Assembly (NCBI GenBank): GCA_963730155.1
Contig: CAVSQV010000003.1
Span: forward strand, 1,123,226-1,187,225
Source of the DNA: an uncultured Acidobacteriota bacterium
Lineage (GTDB): Bacteria; Acidobacteriota; Thermoanaerobaculia; Multivoradales; JBCCEF01
Direction: 5' to 3'
Length of the DNA stretch: 64,000 nucleotides
Part shown: positions 18,944 through 29,425 of the stretch, piece by piece
Layout: every line of letters begins with the position of its first letter
Numbering within the stretch: position 1 is the stretch's first letter
Notes under the pieces: generated by a model
Database searches by the model: none
Told to the model about the DNA's origin: nothing
The model's input: the letters and a program-made list of their open reading frames with translations, nothing else
Position numbers and translations under genes: made by a program

Positions 18944-20878
18944 ATGACGATTTCGATCCGGACGTGGACGAGAGTCCTGCCCGCTTCGATCGCGCTGGCC
19001 GCCGCGGCCGCCGCGGCCGCCCCCGCCGCCGCCCAGGTCACCGGCCTCGAGCGGATCGGCCGCTTCGACGGCGGCCTCGGCGAGACCGCCGCCGAGATCT
19101 CGGCCTTCGACCCGGTGTCGCGGCGCTTGTTCGTGGTCAACGCCGTCGCCGCCACGGTCGACGTGGTCGACCTGACCGACCCCGCCGCCCCGGCGGCGGT
19201 GACCTCGATCGACGTCACCGGCTTCGGCGCGGTCGCCAACTCGGTCGACGTCGCCAACGGCCTGGTCGCGGTGGCGATCCAGGCGGAGGTCAAGACCGAC
19301 CCCGGCGTGGTCGCCTTCTTCGACACCGCGGGCGCGCCGCTCGGCTCGGTGCCGGTGGGCGCGCTCCCGGACATGGTGACTTTCGCGCCGGGCGGCGTCC
19401 TCCTGGTGGTCGCCAACGAGGGCGAGCCCGCGGACGACTACCAGACCGACCCCGAGGGGACGGTCAGCATCGTCGACCTCACCGGCGGCGTCGGCGGCGC
19501 CATCGTCACCCACGTCCGCTTCGACGAGTTCGACCAGGGCGGGCCGCGCGCCGGCGAGCTGCCGGCCGAGGTGCGCGTCTTCGGCCCCGGCGCCTCGGTG
19601 GCGCAGGACCTCGAGCCCGAGTACGTCGCGGTCTCGCCCGACGGCACGACCGCCTGGGTGACGCTCCAGGAGAACAACGCGATCGCGGCGATCGACCTGG
19701 TCGCCGGCACGGTCGAGGCGATCTTCGCCCTCGGCTTCAAGGACCACTCGACGCCGGGCAACGCGCTCGACCCGAGCAACGAGGACGGCGGCGTCCAGAT
19801 CGCCAACCAGCCGGTGTGGGGGATGTACCTGCCCGACGCGATCGCCGCCGACGAGATCGACGGCACGGTCTACCTCTTCACCGCCAACGAGGGCGACGCC
19901 CGCGACTACGACGGCTTCTCCGAGGAGGAGCGGATGGGCGACCTCGAGCTCGACGCAACCGCCTTCCCGAACGCCGCGTTCCTCCAAGAGGACGAGAACC
20001 TCGGCCGCCTCAACTCGACCACCGCGCTCGGCGACACCGACGGCGACGGCGACGTCGACCGCCTGTTCGCCTACGGCGCGCGCTCGTTCACGATCTGGAA
20101 CGGCGAGACCGGGGCGCTGGTCTTCGACAGCGGCGACCAGTTCGAGCAGACGACGGCGGTCGAGGCACCGGCCCTCTTCAACTCGCAGGGCGACGCCGGC
20201 GGCTTCGACTCGCGCACCGACGACAAGGGCCCCGAGCCCGAGGCCATCGCGGTGGCGCCGATCGACGGCCGGGTCTACGCCTTCGTCGGCCTGGAGCGGA
20301 TCGGCGGCCTGTTCGTCTACGACGTCACCGACCCGGCGCACCCGTTCTTCGTCCTCTACGAGCCGTCGGGCCCGGGCGACCTCGCCCCCGAAGGGCTCGA
20401 GTTCGTCCCCGCGGCCTCCTCGCCCAACGGCGAGCCCCTCGTGGTGGTCTCGAACGAGGTCAGCGGCTCGGTGGCGATCTACGAGGTCCAGACCGGCGGC
20501 GGCGGGGGCGGCAGCGGCGAGGAGCGCTGCACCGAGAGTGAGACCGCGCTCTGCCTCCAGGACGGCCGCTTCCGGGTCGAGGCCGCCTGGCGCACCGGCG
20601 CCGGCGACGCCGCCCCGGCCGGCGCCGTGCGCCAGAACGACGGCTCGGGCTACTTCTGGTTCTTCAGCGAGGACAACACCGAGGTGACGGTCAAGGTCCT
20701 CGACGCCTGCAGCCCGGAGTTCGACCGCTTCTGGGTCTTCGCCGCCGGGATGACCAACGTCGACGTGCGCCTCCTGGTCACCGACACCGACGCCGGCGTC
20801 AGCAAGCCCTACCAGAACCCGCTCGGCACGCTGTTCCAGCCGATCGCCGACACCGACGCCTTCGCCACCTGCCCTTGA
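18944..20878 (+). CDS. Choice-of-anchor I family secreted protein (beta-propeller, phosphoesterase-associated) with an extra Cys-containing C-terminal domain
   Basis: Contains ANEGEP, DLEPEYVAVSPDGTTAWVTLQENNAIAAIDL, LFTANEGDARDY and DDKGPEPE. GAGGAGGAG lies upstream of the ATG at 18944. Confidence 0.75.
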   Translation: MTISIRTWTRVLPASIALAAAAAAAAPAAAQVTGLERIGRFDGGLGETAAEISAFDPVSRRLFVVNAVAATVDVVDLTDPAAPAAVTSIDVTGFGAVANSVDVANGLVAVAIQAEVKTDPGVVAFFDTAGAPLGSVPVGALPDMVTFAPGGVLLVVANEGEPADDYQTDPEGTVSIVDLTGGVGGAIVTHVRFDEFDQGGPRAGELPAEVRVFGPGASVAQDLEPEYVAVSPDGTTAWVTLQENNAIAAIDLVAGTVEAIFALGFKDHSTPGNALDPSNEDGGVQIANQPVWGMYLPDAIAADEIDGTVYLFTANEGDARDYDGFSEEERMGDLELDATAFPNAAFLQEDENLGRLNSTTALGDTDGDGDVDRLFAYGARSFTIWNGETGALVFDSGDQFEQTTAVEAPALFNSQGDAGGFDSRTDDKGPEPEAIAVAPIDGRVYAFVGLERIGGLFVYDVTDPAHPFFVLYEPSGPGDLAPEGLEFVPAASSPNGEPLVVVSNEVSGSVAIYEVQTGGGGGGSGEERCTESETALCLQDGRFRVEAAWRTGAGDAAPAGAVRQNDGSGYFWFFSEDNTEVTVKVLDACSPEFDRFWVFAAGMTNVDVRLLVTDTDAGVSKPYQNPLGTLFQPIADTDAFATCP

Positions 20879-20930
20879 CCGACGCTCGCAACCACTCCTT
20901 CCATCGCCGTTCCGCAACCGGAGCCCGACC

Positions 20931-22289
20931 ATGCGCCACCACCGACTCGCCCGTGGAACCCGCCGCCTGCTTGCCGCCTGCGCGCTCGGCGCGCTCGCCG
21001 TCGGCCTTCCGGCGGCGGCCGGCGCTCCGGCGGCCGGCGAGCGCCCGCGGGCGGTGGTCCTCCTCATCGGCGACGGGCTGGGCGTCTCCCAGATCACGCT
21101 CACCCGGCTCCTCGCCCGCGGCGAAGGCGAGCGGCTGGCGCTCGAGAGCCTGCCGGTCCTGGGACTGGTCTCGACCTGGTCGGCCTCGAATCCGGTCACC
21201 GACAGCGGCGCCGCGGCCACGGCGATGGCGAGCGGGATCAAGACCGGCAACCAGTTCGTGGGCATGGACGAGGCCGGCACGGCGGTCCGGAGCCTCACCG
21301 AGGAGGCCAAGGAGCGGGGCTGGCGGGTCGGCTACGTCACGACCACCACCCTCACCCATGCCACGCCCGCCGGGTTCTACGCTCACGTCCCGAACCGCTA
21401 CGCGGACGTGGCGCAGATCGCCGAGCAGCTCCTCGAGCACGGCCCGGACGTCGCGCTCGGCGGCGGCCTCGCCGACTTCCTGCCCGACTCCGAGGCCGGC
21501 ATCCGCCGCGACCGCCGCAACCTGGTCGAGGAGGCGAGAGCGGCCGGTTACACGGTGCTCACCCGCGGCGACCCGCGCCCGGCGGCCCCGCCCGCGCGTC
21601 TCCTCGGCCTCTTCGCCTGGGGCCACCTCGCCTACGCGCTCGACGACCGCAGGCTGCCGCCGGAGCGCCGCGACCCGGCGCTCGCCGACCTGACGGCGAT
21701 GGCGCTCGCGACCCTCGGCCGCGACGGCGCGCCGTTCTTCCTGATGGTCGAGGGCGGGCGCATCGATCACGCCGGCCACAGCTTCGACGCCGCCGGCGTG
21801 GTCGCCGAGACGGTCGAGTTCGACCGCGCGGTCGAAGCCGTCCTCGACTACCAGCGCCGGCACCCGGACGTCCTCGTGCTGCTCACCGCCGACCACGCCA
21901 CCGGCGGCCTCGCGATCAACGACTTCGTGGACTGGGAGGCGCTGCGGCGGCAGCGAGCCTCGGTCGACTGGATGACGGCCCAGATCCGCAACGCCGGCGC
22001 GGGCGCGGAGCTGGTGGCCGAGATGACCGGCTTCACAGACATCGCCGACGCCGATCTCGACCCCATCCGCACCGACTTCGACAGCTACGAGGCCGCCCGC
22101 CGTCTCGGCCGCCTGCTCGCCGACCGCCACGGCGTGACCTGGATACCCCGCGTCGATGCGACCGATACCAAGGGCCACACCGGCGAGGACGTGCCGCTCT
22201 ATGCCGGCGGCCCCGGCGCCGGGCGCTTCGCCGGGGTGCTCGACAACGCGGAGATCCCGGGGCGGCTGCGCGAAGTGCTCGGCTGGTAG
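20931..22289 (+). CDS. phoA: Alkaline phosphatase (PhoA family)
   Basis: Contains IGDGLG, the active-site DSGAAATA, EGGRIDHAGH, TADHATGG and GHTGEDVPLYA. Confidence 0.9.
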   Translation: MRHHRLARGTRRLLAACALGALAVGLPAAAGAPAAGERPRAVVLLIGDGLGVSQITLTRLLARGEGERLALESLPVLGLVSTWSASNPVTDSGAAATAMASGIKTGNQFVGMDEAGTAVRSLTEEAKERGWRVGYVTTTTLTHATPAGFYAHVPNRYADVAQIAEQLLEHGPDVALGGGLADFLPDSEAGIRRDRRNLVEEARAAGYTVLTRGDPRPAAPPARLLGLFAWGHLAYALDDRRLPPERRDPALADLTAMALATLGRDGAPFFLMVEGGRIDHAGHSFDAAGVVAETVEFDRAVEAVLDYQRRHPDVLVLLTADHATGGLAINDFVDWEALRRQRASVDWMTAQIRNAGAGAELVAEMTGFTDIADADLDPIRTDFDSYEAARRLGRLLADRHGVTWIPRVDATDTKGHTGEDVPLYAGGPGAGRFAGVLDNAEIPGRLREVLGW

Positions 22290-22321
22290 GAGCTGCTCCT
22301 CGGGCCCGCCGCTCATTGCGG

Positions 22322-22870
22322 TCACCACTTCAGGACCGGGAGCGGGTTCGACGGATGCCGGCGCAACCATCCGCCCGCGATCCGCACCAGGCGCCCGTGA
22401 AACCCCGCGTTGGGGAAGCGGTGCCTGACCGCTCGGACCGAGCCCCTGGCCAGGCCGAACCTCACCAGACCCAGGGAGAGATCCACCAGGTCGCCCTTGC
22501 GGAACACCTCGACCAGCGGAGAGCCCTCGTCCCGGACTCTCCGGAGCTTGTGGTGCAGGTCGATCATCCGCTCGATCTCGGGCATCCAGCCGTCGAGGCC
22601 CCTCGCGCTCAGGTACTCCTTCGCCAGGGCGATCGACGGCGAGAGGTAGTCGAACGTGCCGCGCGCCCAGATCCCGAGGTCGTGGAAGCAGCCCGCGATG
22701 AGGACCTTCTCCCGCGCCTCCGCATCGCAGTCGTGCAACGCGAAGCAGAAGTGGACCATGCGATAGACGTGGTTGCGGTAGCCGAGGTGGTCGTCCGCCA
22801 GCTCCCGGGCCCATCGGTCGAGGATCTCTTCGAGCAGCGGGATGCGATCTTCGATGACCACGACGGTCAC
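22322..22870 (-). CDS. HD-domain protein
   Basis: Contains HVYRMVHFC and CFHDLG (H..HD pattern). The GTG start overlaps the upstream stop (GTGA). Confidence 0.65.
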   Translation of the reverse strand: MTVVVIEDRIPLLEEILDRWARELADDHLGYRNHVYRMVHFCFALHDCDAEAREKVLIAGCFHDLGIWARGTFDYLSPSIALAKEYLSARGLDGWMPEIERMIDLHHKLRRVRDEGSPLVEVFRKGDLVDLSLGLVRFGLARGSVRAVRHRFPNAGFHGRLVRIAGGWLRRHPSNPLPVLKW

Positions 22871-23688
22871 TCCCGCGCGGTGCCGTTCGCGGCGGCGCGC
22901 GCGCTCTGGACCGCCCACTCGAGCGCGTAGTCGGCGACCTCCTCCCAGCCGTCGCCGGCGATCACCGAGTAGTGCGCACGCCCCGGGAACTCCTTGAACG
23001 CGGTGACCGAGGGGCCTTCGAGGTAGCGCCGGTAGTTCCGCCGGTTCAACGACGCCGGCATGATGTGGTCCTTCTCACCGGCGATCATCAGCAGCGGAGC
23101 GCGCCGGCGCCTGAAGTCGATGCGCGCCGCACTCGACAGGCCGCCGCGCGCGAGCGGCCGCGACTCGGGCACGATGTCGGCATCGTAGCCGGCCCGCTGC
23201 TCGGCGAGCGGAAGGTCGTTGCCGAAGGCGTACTGGAACTGCGGGAACGTCATGAAGTACGGCCGCGAGCCGGCGAGCGGGTTGACGACCGGCGTCAGCG
23301 AGCGGGCGAACGACCAGGCGAGCGTGATCACCCCCTGCGGCGGCACCGAGTCGATCGCGACGGCGGCGGCCCCGAGGCCGCGCTGGAGCATGAGCTGGGT
23401 GAGCAGGCCGCCGAAGGAGTGGCCGACGATGATCGGCTTCTCGGGGAGCGCCGCGAGCGCGGAGGCGAGGTGCCCGATCACGTCCTGGATCGTCAGTGTG
23501 CGCAGGAACGGGTCGTTCGGGTTCGCCTTCAGCTCGGCGACCGTCTTGTCGCGGCCGGGATAGGCGAGGGCGACGCAGGTGTACCCGCGCGCCTCGTAGC
23601 GGGCGACCCAGCGGTCCCAGCAGAGCCGGGTGACGAAGCAGCCGTGGATGAACGCGACGGTCTTCGGAGCGGCCACGGTCAGAGACAT
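22867..23688 (-). CDS. Alpha/beta hydrolase
   Basis: Nucleophile elbow GHSFGG. About 273 aa from MSLTVAAPKTVAFIHG. Confidence 0.8.
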   Translation of the reverse strand: MSLTVAAPKTVAFIHGCFVTRLCWDRWVARYEARGYTCVALAYPGRDKTVAELKANPNDPFLRTLTIQDVIGHLASALAALPEKPIIVGHSFGGLLTQLMLQRGLGAAAVAIDSVPPQGVITLAWSFARSLTPVVNPLAGSRPYFMTFPQFQYAFGNDLPLAEQRAGYDADIVPESRPLARGGLSSAARIDFRRRRAPLLMIAGEKDHIMPASLNRRNYRRYLEGPSVTAFKEFPGRAHYSVIAGDGWEEVADYALEWAVQSARAAANGTARE

Positions 23689-23801
23689 TGCGGACCTCCT
23701 CTGTCGATGGGTTCGTGGTTGCGGCACTCTATGGCCGGGGGCGTCCGGCCCGCATCCCGAATCTCGCGCACCGGCGCGGCTCCGGGTATCCTCCCGTGAC
23801 C

Positions 23802-24230
23802 ATGGCGGCGGTGGAGATCGAGGGCGGCCCGGCGATCCCGGAGGAGGAGCTGGTCTTCACCACCGGGCCGAGCTCGGGGCCCGGAGGGCAGCACGTCAAT
23901 CGGGCGCACACGCGGGCGACTCTCTCCTTCGACGTCACCGGCTCCCCCAGCCTGAGCGAAGAGCAGCGGCAGCGCATCGCCGAGCGACTCGGATCGCGCC
24001 TGACCCGGCGCGGCCTCCTGCGGGTCACCTCGCAGCGCCACCGGTCCCAGGCCGCGAACCGCAAGGCGGCGCTCGAGCGCTTCACCGAGCTGTTGGCCGA
24101 CGCGCTGTCCGAGGACCCGGAACGGCGGCCGACCCGGGTGCCGAAAGCGGTCCGGCGGCGCCGCCTCGAATCCAAGCGCAGGCAGTCCCTGATCAAGCGA
24201 GAGCGCCGGTCGCCGGCGCCCGAGGATTGA
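23802..24230 (+). CDS. arfB: Alternative ribosome-rescue factor ArfB (peptidyl-tRNA hydrolase, GGQ)
   Basis: Contains SSGPGGQHVNRAHTRA and a basic C-terminal tail. 142 aa. Confidence 0.9.
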   Translation: MAAVEIEGGPAIPEEELVFTTGPSSGPGGQHVNRAHTRATLSFDVTGSPSLSEEQRQRIAERLGSRLTRRGLLRVTSQRHRSQAANRKAALERFTELLADALSEDPERRPTRVPKAVRRRRLESKRRQSLIKRERRSPAPED

Positions 24231-24238
24231 CGCCCCCC

Positions 24239-24592
24239 TCAGGCCGGCATCGACGCCAGCAGGGCGTAGAGCACGGCCTCGGTGCGCGACAGCAGCCAGC
24301 CCTCGACGCGCTCGGTGCGGCCGGCGGCGAGGTCGGCCCAGTGCCGGCGGTGGAGGTGGCCGGCGAAGGCGTCGAGGGCTCTGGGGGCGCCGTCGGAGAG
24401 CTCCTTCGCCAGCGCGTCCGCGGACGGCCGCGGGGAGGCGGCGGCGAGCCACGCTTCGCCCACCAGGCGGGCGTCGGCCAGGTGGCGGCGGGCGGGGAGG
24501 ACGTGGGGGTCGAGCGGGGCCCGCCGCACTCCGCACGCCGTCGCGGCCAGCGAGGCGAGGCCCAGCCACAGCAGCTCGCGCCGGTCGATCAC
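24239..24592 (-). CDS. Small Tat-signal subunit of the GMC dehydrogenase (gluconate-2-dehydrogenase subunit-3-like)
   Basis: Starts VIDRRELLWLGLASLAATAC (twin-arginine type). The GTG start overlaps the GMC stop (GTGA). 117 aa. Confidence 0.6.
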   Translation of the reverse strand: MIDRRELLWLGLASLAATACGVRRAPLDPHVLPARRHLADARLVGEAWLAAASPRPSADALAKELSDGAPRALDAFAGHLHRRHWADLAAGRTERVEGWLLSRTEAVLYALLASMPA

Positions 24593-26094
24593 GCCGTCAG
24601 CTCCCGCCGGAGTCGCGCCGCTTGGCGCAGCGCCAGGGCGACCAGGGTCAGCGTCGGGTTGGCGCAGCCGCAGGTCGGGAAGAGCGCGCTGCCGGCGATC
24701 GAGAGATCGGGCAGGCCGTGGACCCGGCCGTGGCCGTCGGTGACCCCCCGGCGCGGGTCGTCGCTCATGCGGGCGGTGCCGATGTGGTGGCGCCCGCCGA
24801 TCGTGTGCTCGGGGAACCCCGGCTTCGACTCCGCCAGCAGCCGGACGCGGGCCAGGCCGCTCGCCGCCAGCGCCTCGGCGAAGATCTCCTGGGTGCGCAC
24901 GAGGCTCTCGAAGTCCTGATCGCCGAGGCGCCAGTCGAGGACCACCCGGGGCATTCCGAGGCGGTCCCGCTCGCTGCCCAGCCGGACCCGGCTGTCCGGG
25001 TTCGGGGCCTGCTCGCTCGGATTGCCGACGAAGTAGATCCTCGGCTTTTCGGGCATCGGCAGGTCGGGCGCGTCGGTGTCGGCGAGGGTGCGCCAGATCG
25101 CCCGCTCGAAGTCGCCGAACTCGCCGCCGTAGGGCAGGAAGACCATCGCCGCGTTGAGCAGCCGCGCCTCGGCGCGCGCGGCGCCGGTGAGCTGGAAGTG
25201 CCCCCAGAAGAGCTGGTCGTGCCGGCGCGGGCGGGCGTAGAAGTGGAGCAGCGGGGCCCGGGGCGAGGCCAGGATCACCGCCTCGCCGTCGGTGTGGGGG
25301 TGATCCATGAAGAAGCGGCCGACCAGGTCGTGCCCGTTGCCGACCCCCGCCGGGTGGACATCGTTCGAGGCCAAGAGCAGCCGCGGGGTCTCGATGCCGC
25401 CGCAGGCGATCACGTAGCGGCGGGCGCCGACGGTGAAGCCGCCGCCGCCGTGGCTGCGCAGGACGTCCAGCCGCTCGACGCGCCCGCCGTCCGGCGCCAG
25501 CCCGATCCGGGTCGCGCTCGCGCCGAGCACGACCTCGACGTTGGCCGAGCGTTCGAGCCGCTCCCGGTAGGCGGTGGCGAAGCGCGTCGGCGGGCTCAAC
25601 TTGAAGAACGCCGGACGGACCCGCGGGTCGGTCACCGGCCACGGCACCAGCTCGGGCTCCTCCGCCGTCGCCGCGGTCCAGGAGGGATCGTCCCAGGCCG
25701 GGCCGCGCAGCTCGAGCAGCGTCTCGGCCTCGCGGTACCAGGGATCGAGCTCGCGGCGCGGGAACGGCCAGCCGCTGTGGGGCACCCACGGGCGCGCCTC
25801 GAAGTCCTCGGCGTCGAGCGGGCGGCAGAGCCCGTTCCAGCAGTTGCTCGAGCCGCCGAAGAAGCGCTGCCGGCACTCGTCGAGATCGAAGTACTCCCGG
25901 CCGACGCTGTCGCCGCGGTAGAGCTCCTGGACCTCCGGCTCGCGCTCGGAGCCGCCGCTCTCGAGCACCAGCACCCGCGCCGGCGCGCCGTCCAGGGCCA
26001 GCGCGATCGCCAGGCCGGCCGGCCCGCTGCCGACGATGCAGAGGTCGGCCTCGAGCCTCGCGCCGTCCTCGATCTCCGTCGCCGATCCGATCAT
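24589..26094 (-). CDS. GMC-family FAD-dependent oxidoreductase
   Basis: The N-terminus DLCIVGSGPAGLAIALAL is a Rossmann FAD motif. The C-terminus HHIGTARM..GSALFPT is GMC-like. Confidence 0.85.
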   Translation of the reverse strand: MIGSATEIEDGARLEADLCIVGSGPAGLAIALALDGAPARVLVLESGGSEREPEVQELYRGDSVGREYFDLDECRQRFFGGSSNCWNGLCRPLDAEDFEARPWVPHSGWPFPRRELDPWYREAETLLELRGPAWDDPSWTAATAEEPELVPWPVTDPRVRPAFFKLSPPTRFATAYRERLERSANVEVVLGASATRIGLAPDGGRVERLDVLRSHGGGGFTVGARRYVIACGGIETPRLLLASNDVHPAGVGNGHDLVGRFFMDHPHTDGEAVILASPRAPLLHFYARPRRHDQLFWGHFQLTGAARAEARLLNAAMVFLPYGGEFGDFERAIWRTLADTDAPDLPMPEKPRIYFVGNPSEQAPNPDSRVRLGSERDRLGMPRVVLDWRLGDQDFESLVRTQEIFAEALAASGLARVRLLAESKPGFPEHTIGGRHHIGTARMSDDPRRGVTDGHGRVHGLPDLSIAGSALFPTCGCANPTLTLVALALRQAARLRRELTA

Positions 26095-29000
26095 GGTGAG
26101 CGCCGGATCGTAGCACCGGAGGCGGCGGACGCACCGCATCTCGCCCGGCGTCCTCGCCGACCGGGAGCTGGCGCCGGCGCCACAGCAGGTAGATCGCCGG
26201 GTAGACCAGCAGCTCCATCAGGAAGGAGGTCGAGAGGCCGCCGATCATCGGCGCCGCGATGCGCTGCATGACGTCGGCGCCCGTGCCGGTCGCCCAGAGG
26301 ATCGGCACGAGGGCGAGAAAAGTCGTGGCGACCGTCATCACCTTGGGGCGCACCCGCTGCACCGCGCCGTGGTGCACCGCCTCCTTCAAGTCCTGCTCGC
26401 CGCGCATGCGGCCGCGCCCCTTGGCGTCCTCGTAGGCGAGGTCGAGGTAGAGGAGCATGAAGATGCCGGTCTCGGCGTCGAGGCCAAGGAGGGCGATCAG
26501 TCCCACCCAGACGCCGATCGACAGGTTGTAGCCGAGCGCGTAGAGCAGCCAGACGGCGCCGATGGCCGAGAACGGCACGGCGAGCAGCACGATCGCGGTC
26601 TTCGGTAGCGACCTGGTATTGAGGTAGATGAGGAAGGAGATGACGAAGAGGGTGACCGGCAGGACCACCTTCATCTTCTCGCGCACCCGCGCCATGGCCT
26701 CGTACTGGCCGCTCCAGGCGAGCAGGTAGCCGGGCTCGAGCTTCAACTGGGAGGCGACGGCCAGCTTGGCCTCCTCGACATAGCCGCCGATGTCGCGCTG
26801 CTCGGTGTCGACGTCGACGTAGACGTAGCCCGACAGGCGGCCGTTCTCGTTGCGGATCATGGCCGGGCCTTCGACCAGTTCGATCCTGGCGAGCTGGCCG
26901 AGCGGCACCTGGGCCCCGCCCATGGTCGGCACCAGCGTGCGCGCCAGCTCGTCGAGGTCGTCGCGCAGCTCGCGCGGGTAGCGGATGTTGATCGGGTAGC
27001 GCTCGCGCCCCTCGATCGTGGTCGAGACGTTCTCGCCGCCGATGGCGGTCATGATCACGGTCTGCACGTCTTCGATCGTCAGGCCGTAGCGCGAGATCTG
27101 GTCGCGATCGAGGTCGAAGTCGACGAAGTAGCCGCCCGCCGTACGCTCGCCGTAGACGCTGCGGGTGCCGGGCACGCCCTGGAGGATCCCCTCCAGGTGC
27201 GCCCCGATCTCCTCGATCTTCTCGAGGTCGGAGCCGAAGATCTTGATGCCGACCGGCGTGCGGACGCCCGTGGTCAGCATGTCGATCCGGTTCTTGATCG
27301 GCATCGTCCAGGCGTTCGTCTGCCCGGGCAGGGTGAGCCGCTCGTTCATCTCGTTGACCAGCTCTTCCCAGGTGATCGTCTCCGGCCACAGCGGGCGGAG
27401 CGCGGGCTTGACGAGGTCGGGCCAATCCGAGTACCAGCGCTCCCGCGTCCGCCACTCCGACCTGGGCTTGAGGACGACGACGGTCTCCATCATCGCGAAC
27501 GGCGCCGGATCGGTGGAAGTCTCGGCGCGCCCGGCCTTGCCGAAGACCCGCTCGACCTCGGGGAACTGCTTGAGGAGCTGGTCTTGCCGTTGCAGCAGCG
27601 CCCCCGCCTGGGTCACCGAGATGCCGGGCAGGGTCGTCGGCATGTAGAGGATGTCGCCCTCGTTGAGCGGCGGCATGAACTCGCTGCCGAGCCTGCGGTA
27701 GGCGGGGATGGTGGCGATCACGAGCAGGACGGCGATCGTCACCACCAGGCGCGGCCGCCGCAGCACGAGGTCGACGGCCGGCGTGTAGGCGCGATGGAGG
27801 ACGCGCGAGATCGGGTGCCGCTCCTCGGAATGGACGGTCCCGACCAGGACCGCATTCGCGGCGCGGGAGAGCCAGCGCGGCCTGAGGTCGAGCTTCTTGA
27901 CGCGGACGAAGAGCATCATCAGCGCCGGGGCCAGCGTGATCGCCAGCACCGCGGCGACCGCCATCGAGAAGTTCTTGGTGAAGGCCAGCGGCTTGAACAG
28001 GCGCCCTTCCTGCGCCTCGAGGGCGAAGATCGGCATGAACGACAGCGCGATCACGAGCAGCGAGAAGAAGCTCGGCCGCCCCACCTCCTGGACCGCCTGG
28101 ATGAGCACTTCCTTGTAGTCGCCCTTGGACCCCTCCGACTGCCAGCGCTCGAGCTTCTTGTGCGCGTTCTCGACGACCACGATCGAGGCGTCGACGAGCG
28201 CGCCGATGGCCACCGCGATGCCGCCGAGCGACATGATGTTGGCGTTGATGCCGAGGAAGTGCATCGGAATGAACGACAGGACCACCGCCGCCGGGAGGGT
28301 GATGATCGGGATCATCGCGCTCGGCATGTGCCAGAGGAAGACGAGGATGATCAGCGCGACGATGAGCATCTCGAGGACGAGCTCGTGGCGTAGCGTGCCG
28401 ATCGACTCCTCGATCAGGCGCGAGCGGTCGTAGGTGGTGACGATCTCCACGCCCTCGGGGAGGGTCTTCTCGATCTCGGCGAGCCTCTCTTTCACCCGCT
28501 CGATCACCGCCAGCGCGTTCTCACCGTGGCGCATGACGATCGTCCCGGAAGCCACCTCTCCTTCGCCGTCGAGGTCGGCGATGCCCCGGCGGATCTCGGG
28601 GCCGAGCTGGACCGACGCCACGTCGCGCAGGCGCACCGGCGTGCCGCGGGCGTCGGCGACGAGGACGATGCCCTCGAGGTCCTCGAGCGACTCGACGTAG
28701 CCCCGCGCCCGCACCATGTACTCGACGCCGCTCCACTCGACGAGCCGGCCGCCGACCTCGTTGTTCGACGCGCGCACCGCCTCCATGACCCTCATCAGCG
28801 GGATGCCGTAGGCCGCCAGCCGGTTGGGATCGACGGTGATCTGGTACTGGCGGACGAAACCTCCCAGCGAGGCCACCTCGGCGACGCCCGGCACCGACTG
28901 CAGCTCGTAGCGGATCGTCCAGTCCTGGAGCGAGCGGAGGTCGGCGAGCGAGTGCCTGCCGCTCTTGTCCACCAGCGCGTACTGGAAGACCCACCCGACG

Positions 29001-29401
29001 CCGGTGGCATCGGGGCCGAGCTGCGTCCTCACGCCGTCGGGGAGCTGGTCCTGGATCTTCGAGAGGTACTCGAGGACGCGGCTGCGCGCCCAGTAGAGGT
29101 CCGTGCCGTCCTCGAAGATGACGTAGACGTAGGAGAAGCCGAAGTCTGAGAAGCCCCGGATGGTCTTCACCTTCGGCGCGCCGAGGAGCGCGGTGACGAG
29201 CGGGTAGGTGACCTGGTCCTCGATGATGTCGGGGCTGCGATCCCAGCGCGAGTAGACGATCACCTGGGTGTCGGAGAGGTCCGGCAGCGCGTCCACGGCG
29301 ATCCGCTGGATGCTGAAGACGCCGAGCACCACGAGCGCTCCGGTGAGGGTGAGGACCACGAACTTGTTCGTGGCGCAGGCACGGATCAGTCTCTCGATCA
29401 T
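26091..29401 (-). CDS. cusA: Heavy-metal (Cu/Ag-type) RND efflux pump CusA; 3' end uncertain because there is no in-frame stop
   Basis: MIERLIRACATNKFVV...DALPDLSDTQVIVYS...YVYVIFEDGTDLYWARSRVLEYL is near-colinear with CusA/CzcA. The frame stays open to 24239. The end at 26091 assumes a 1-nt frame correction. Confidence 0.85.
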
Positions 29402-29425
29402 GGTCGTTCTCCTCGCCTGCGCCGG

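Noticed and set aside
20829-20840. A third partial copy (gctgttccagcc) of the 19-nt shared string.
   Set aside because: It is only 12 nt long and lies inside coding sequence (LFQP). It is compatible with chance and codon usage.
26091-26160. Programmed frameshift or genuine CusA-GMC fusion as the explanation for the missing cusA stop.
   Set aside because: I saw no slippery heptamer or stimulatory structure. The ATGA overlap in the neighbouring frame and the indel problems elsewhere in the window make a 1-nt indel the simpler explanation. It remains unproven without reads.
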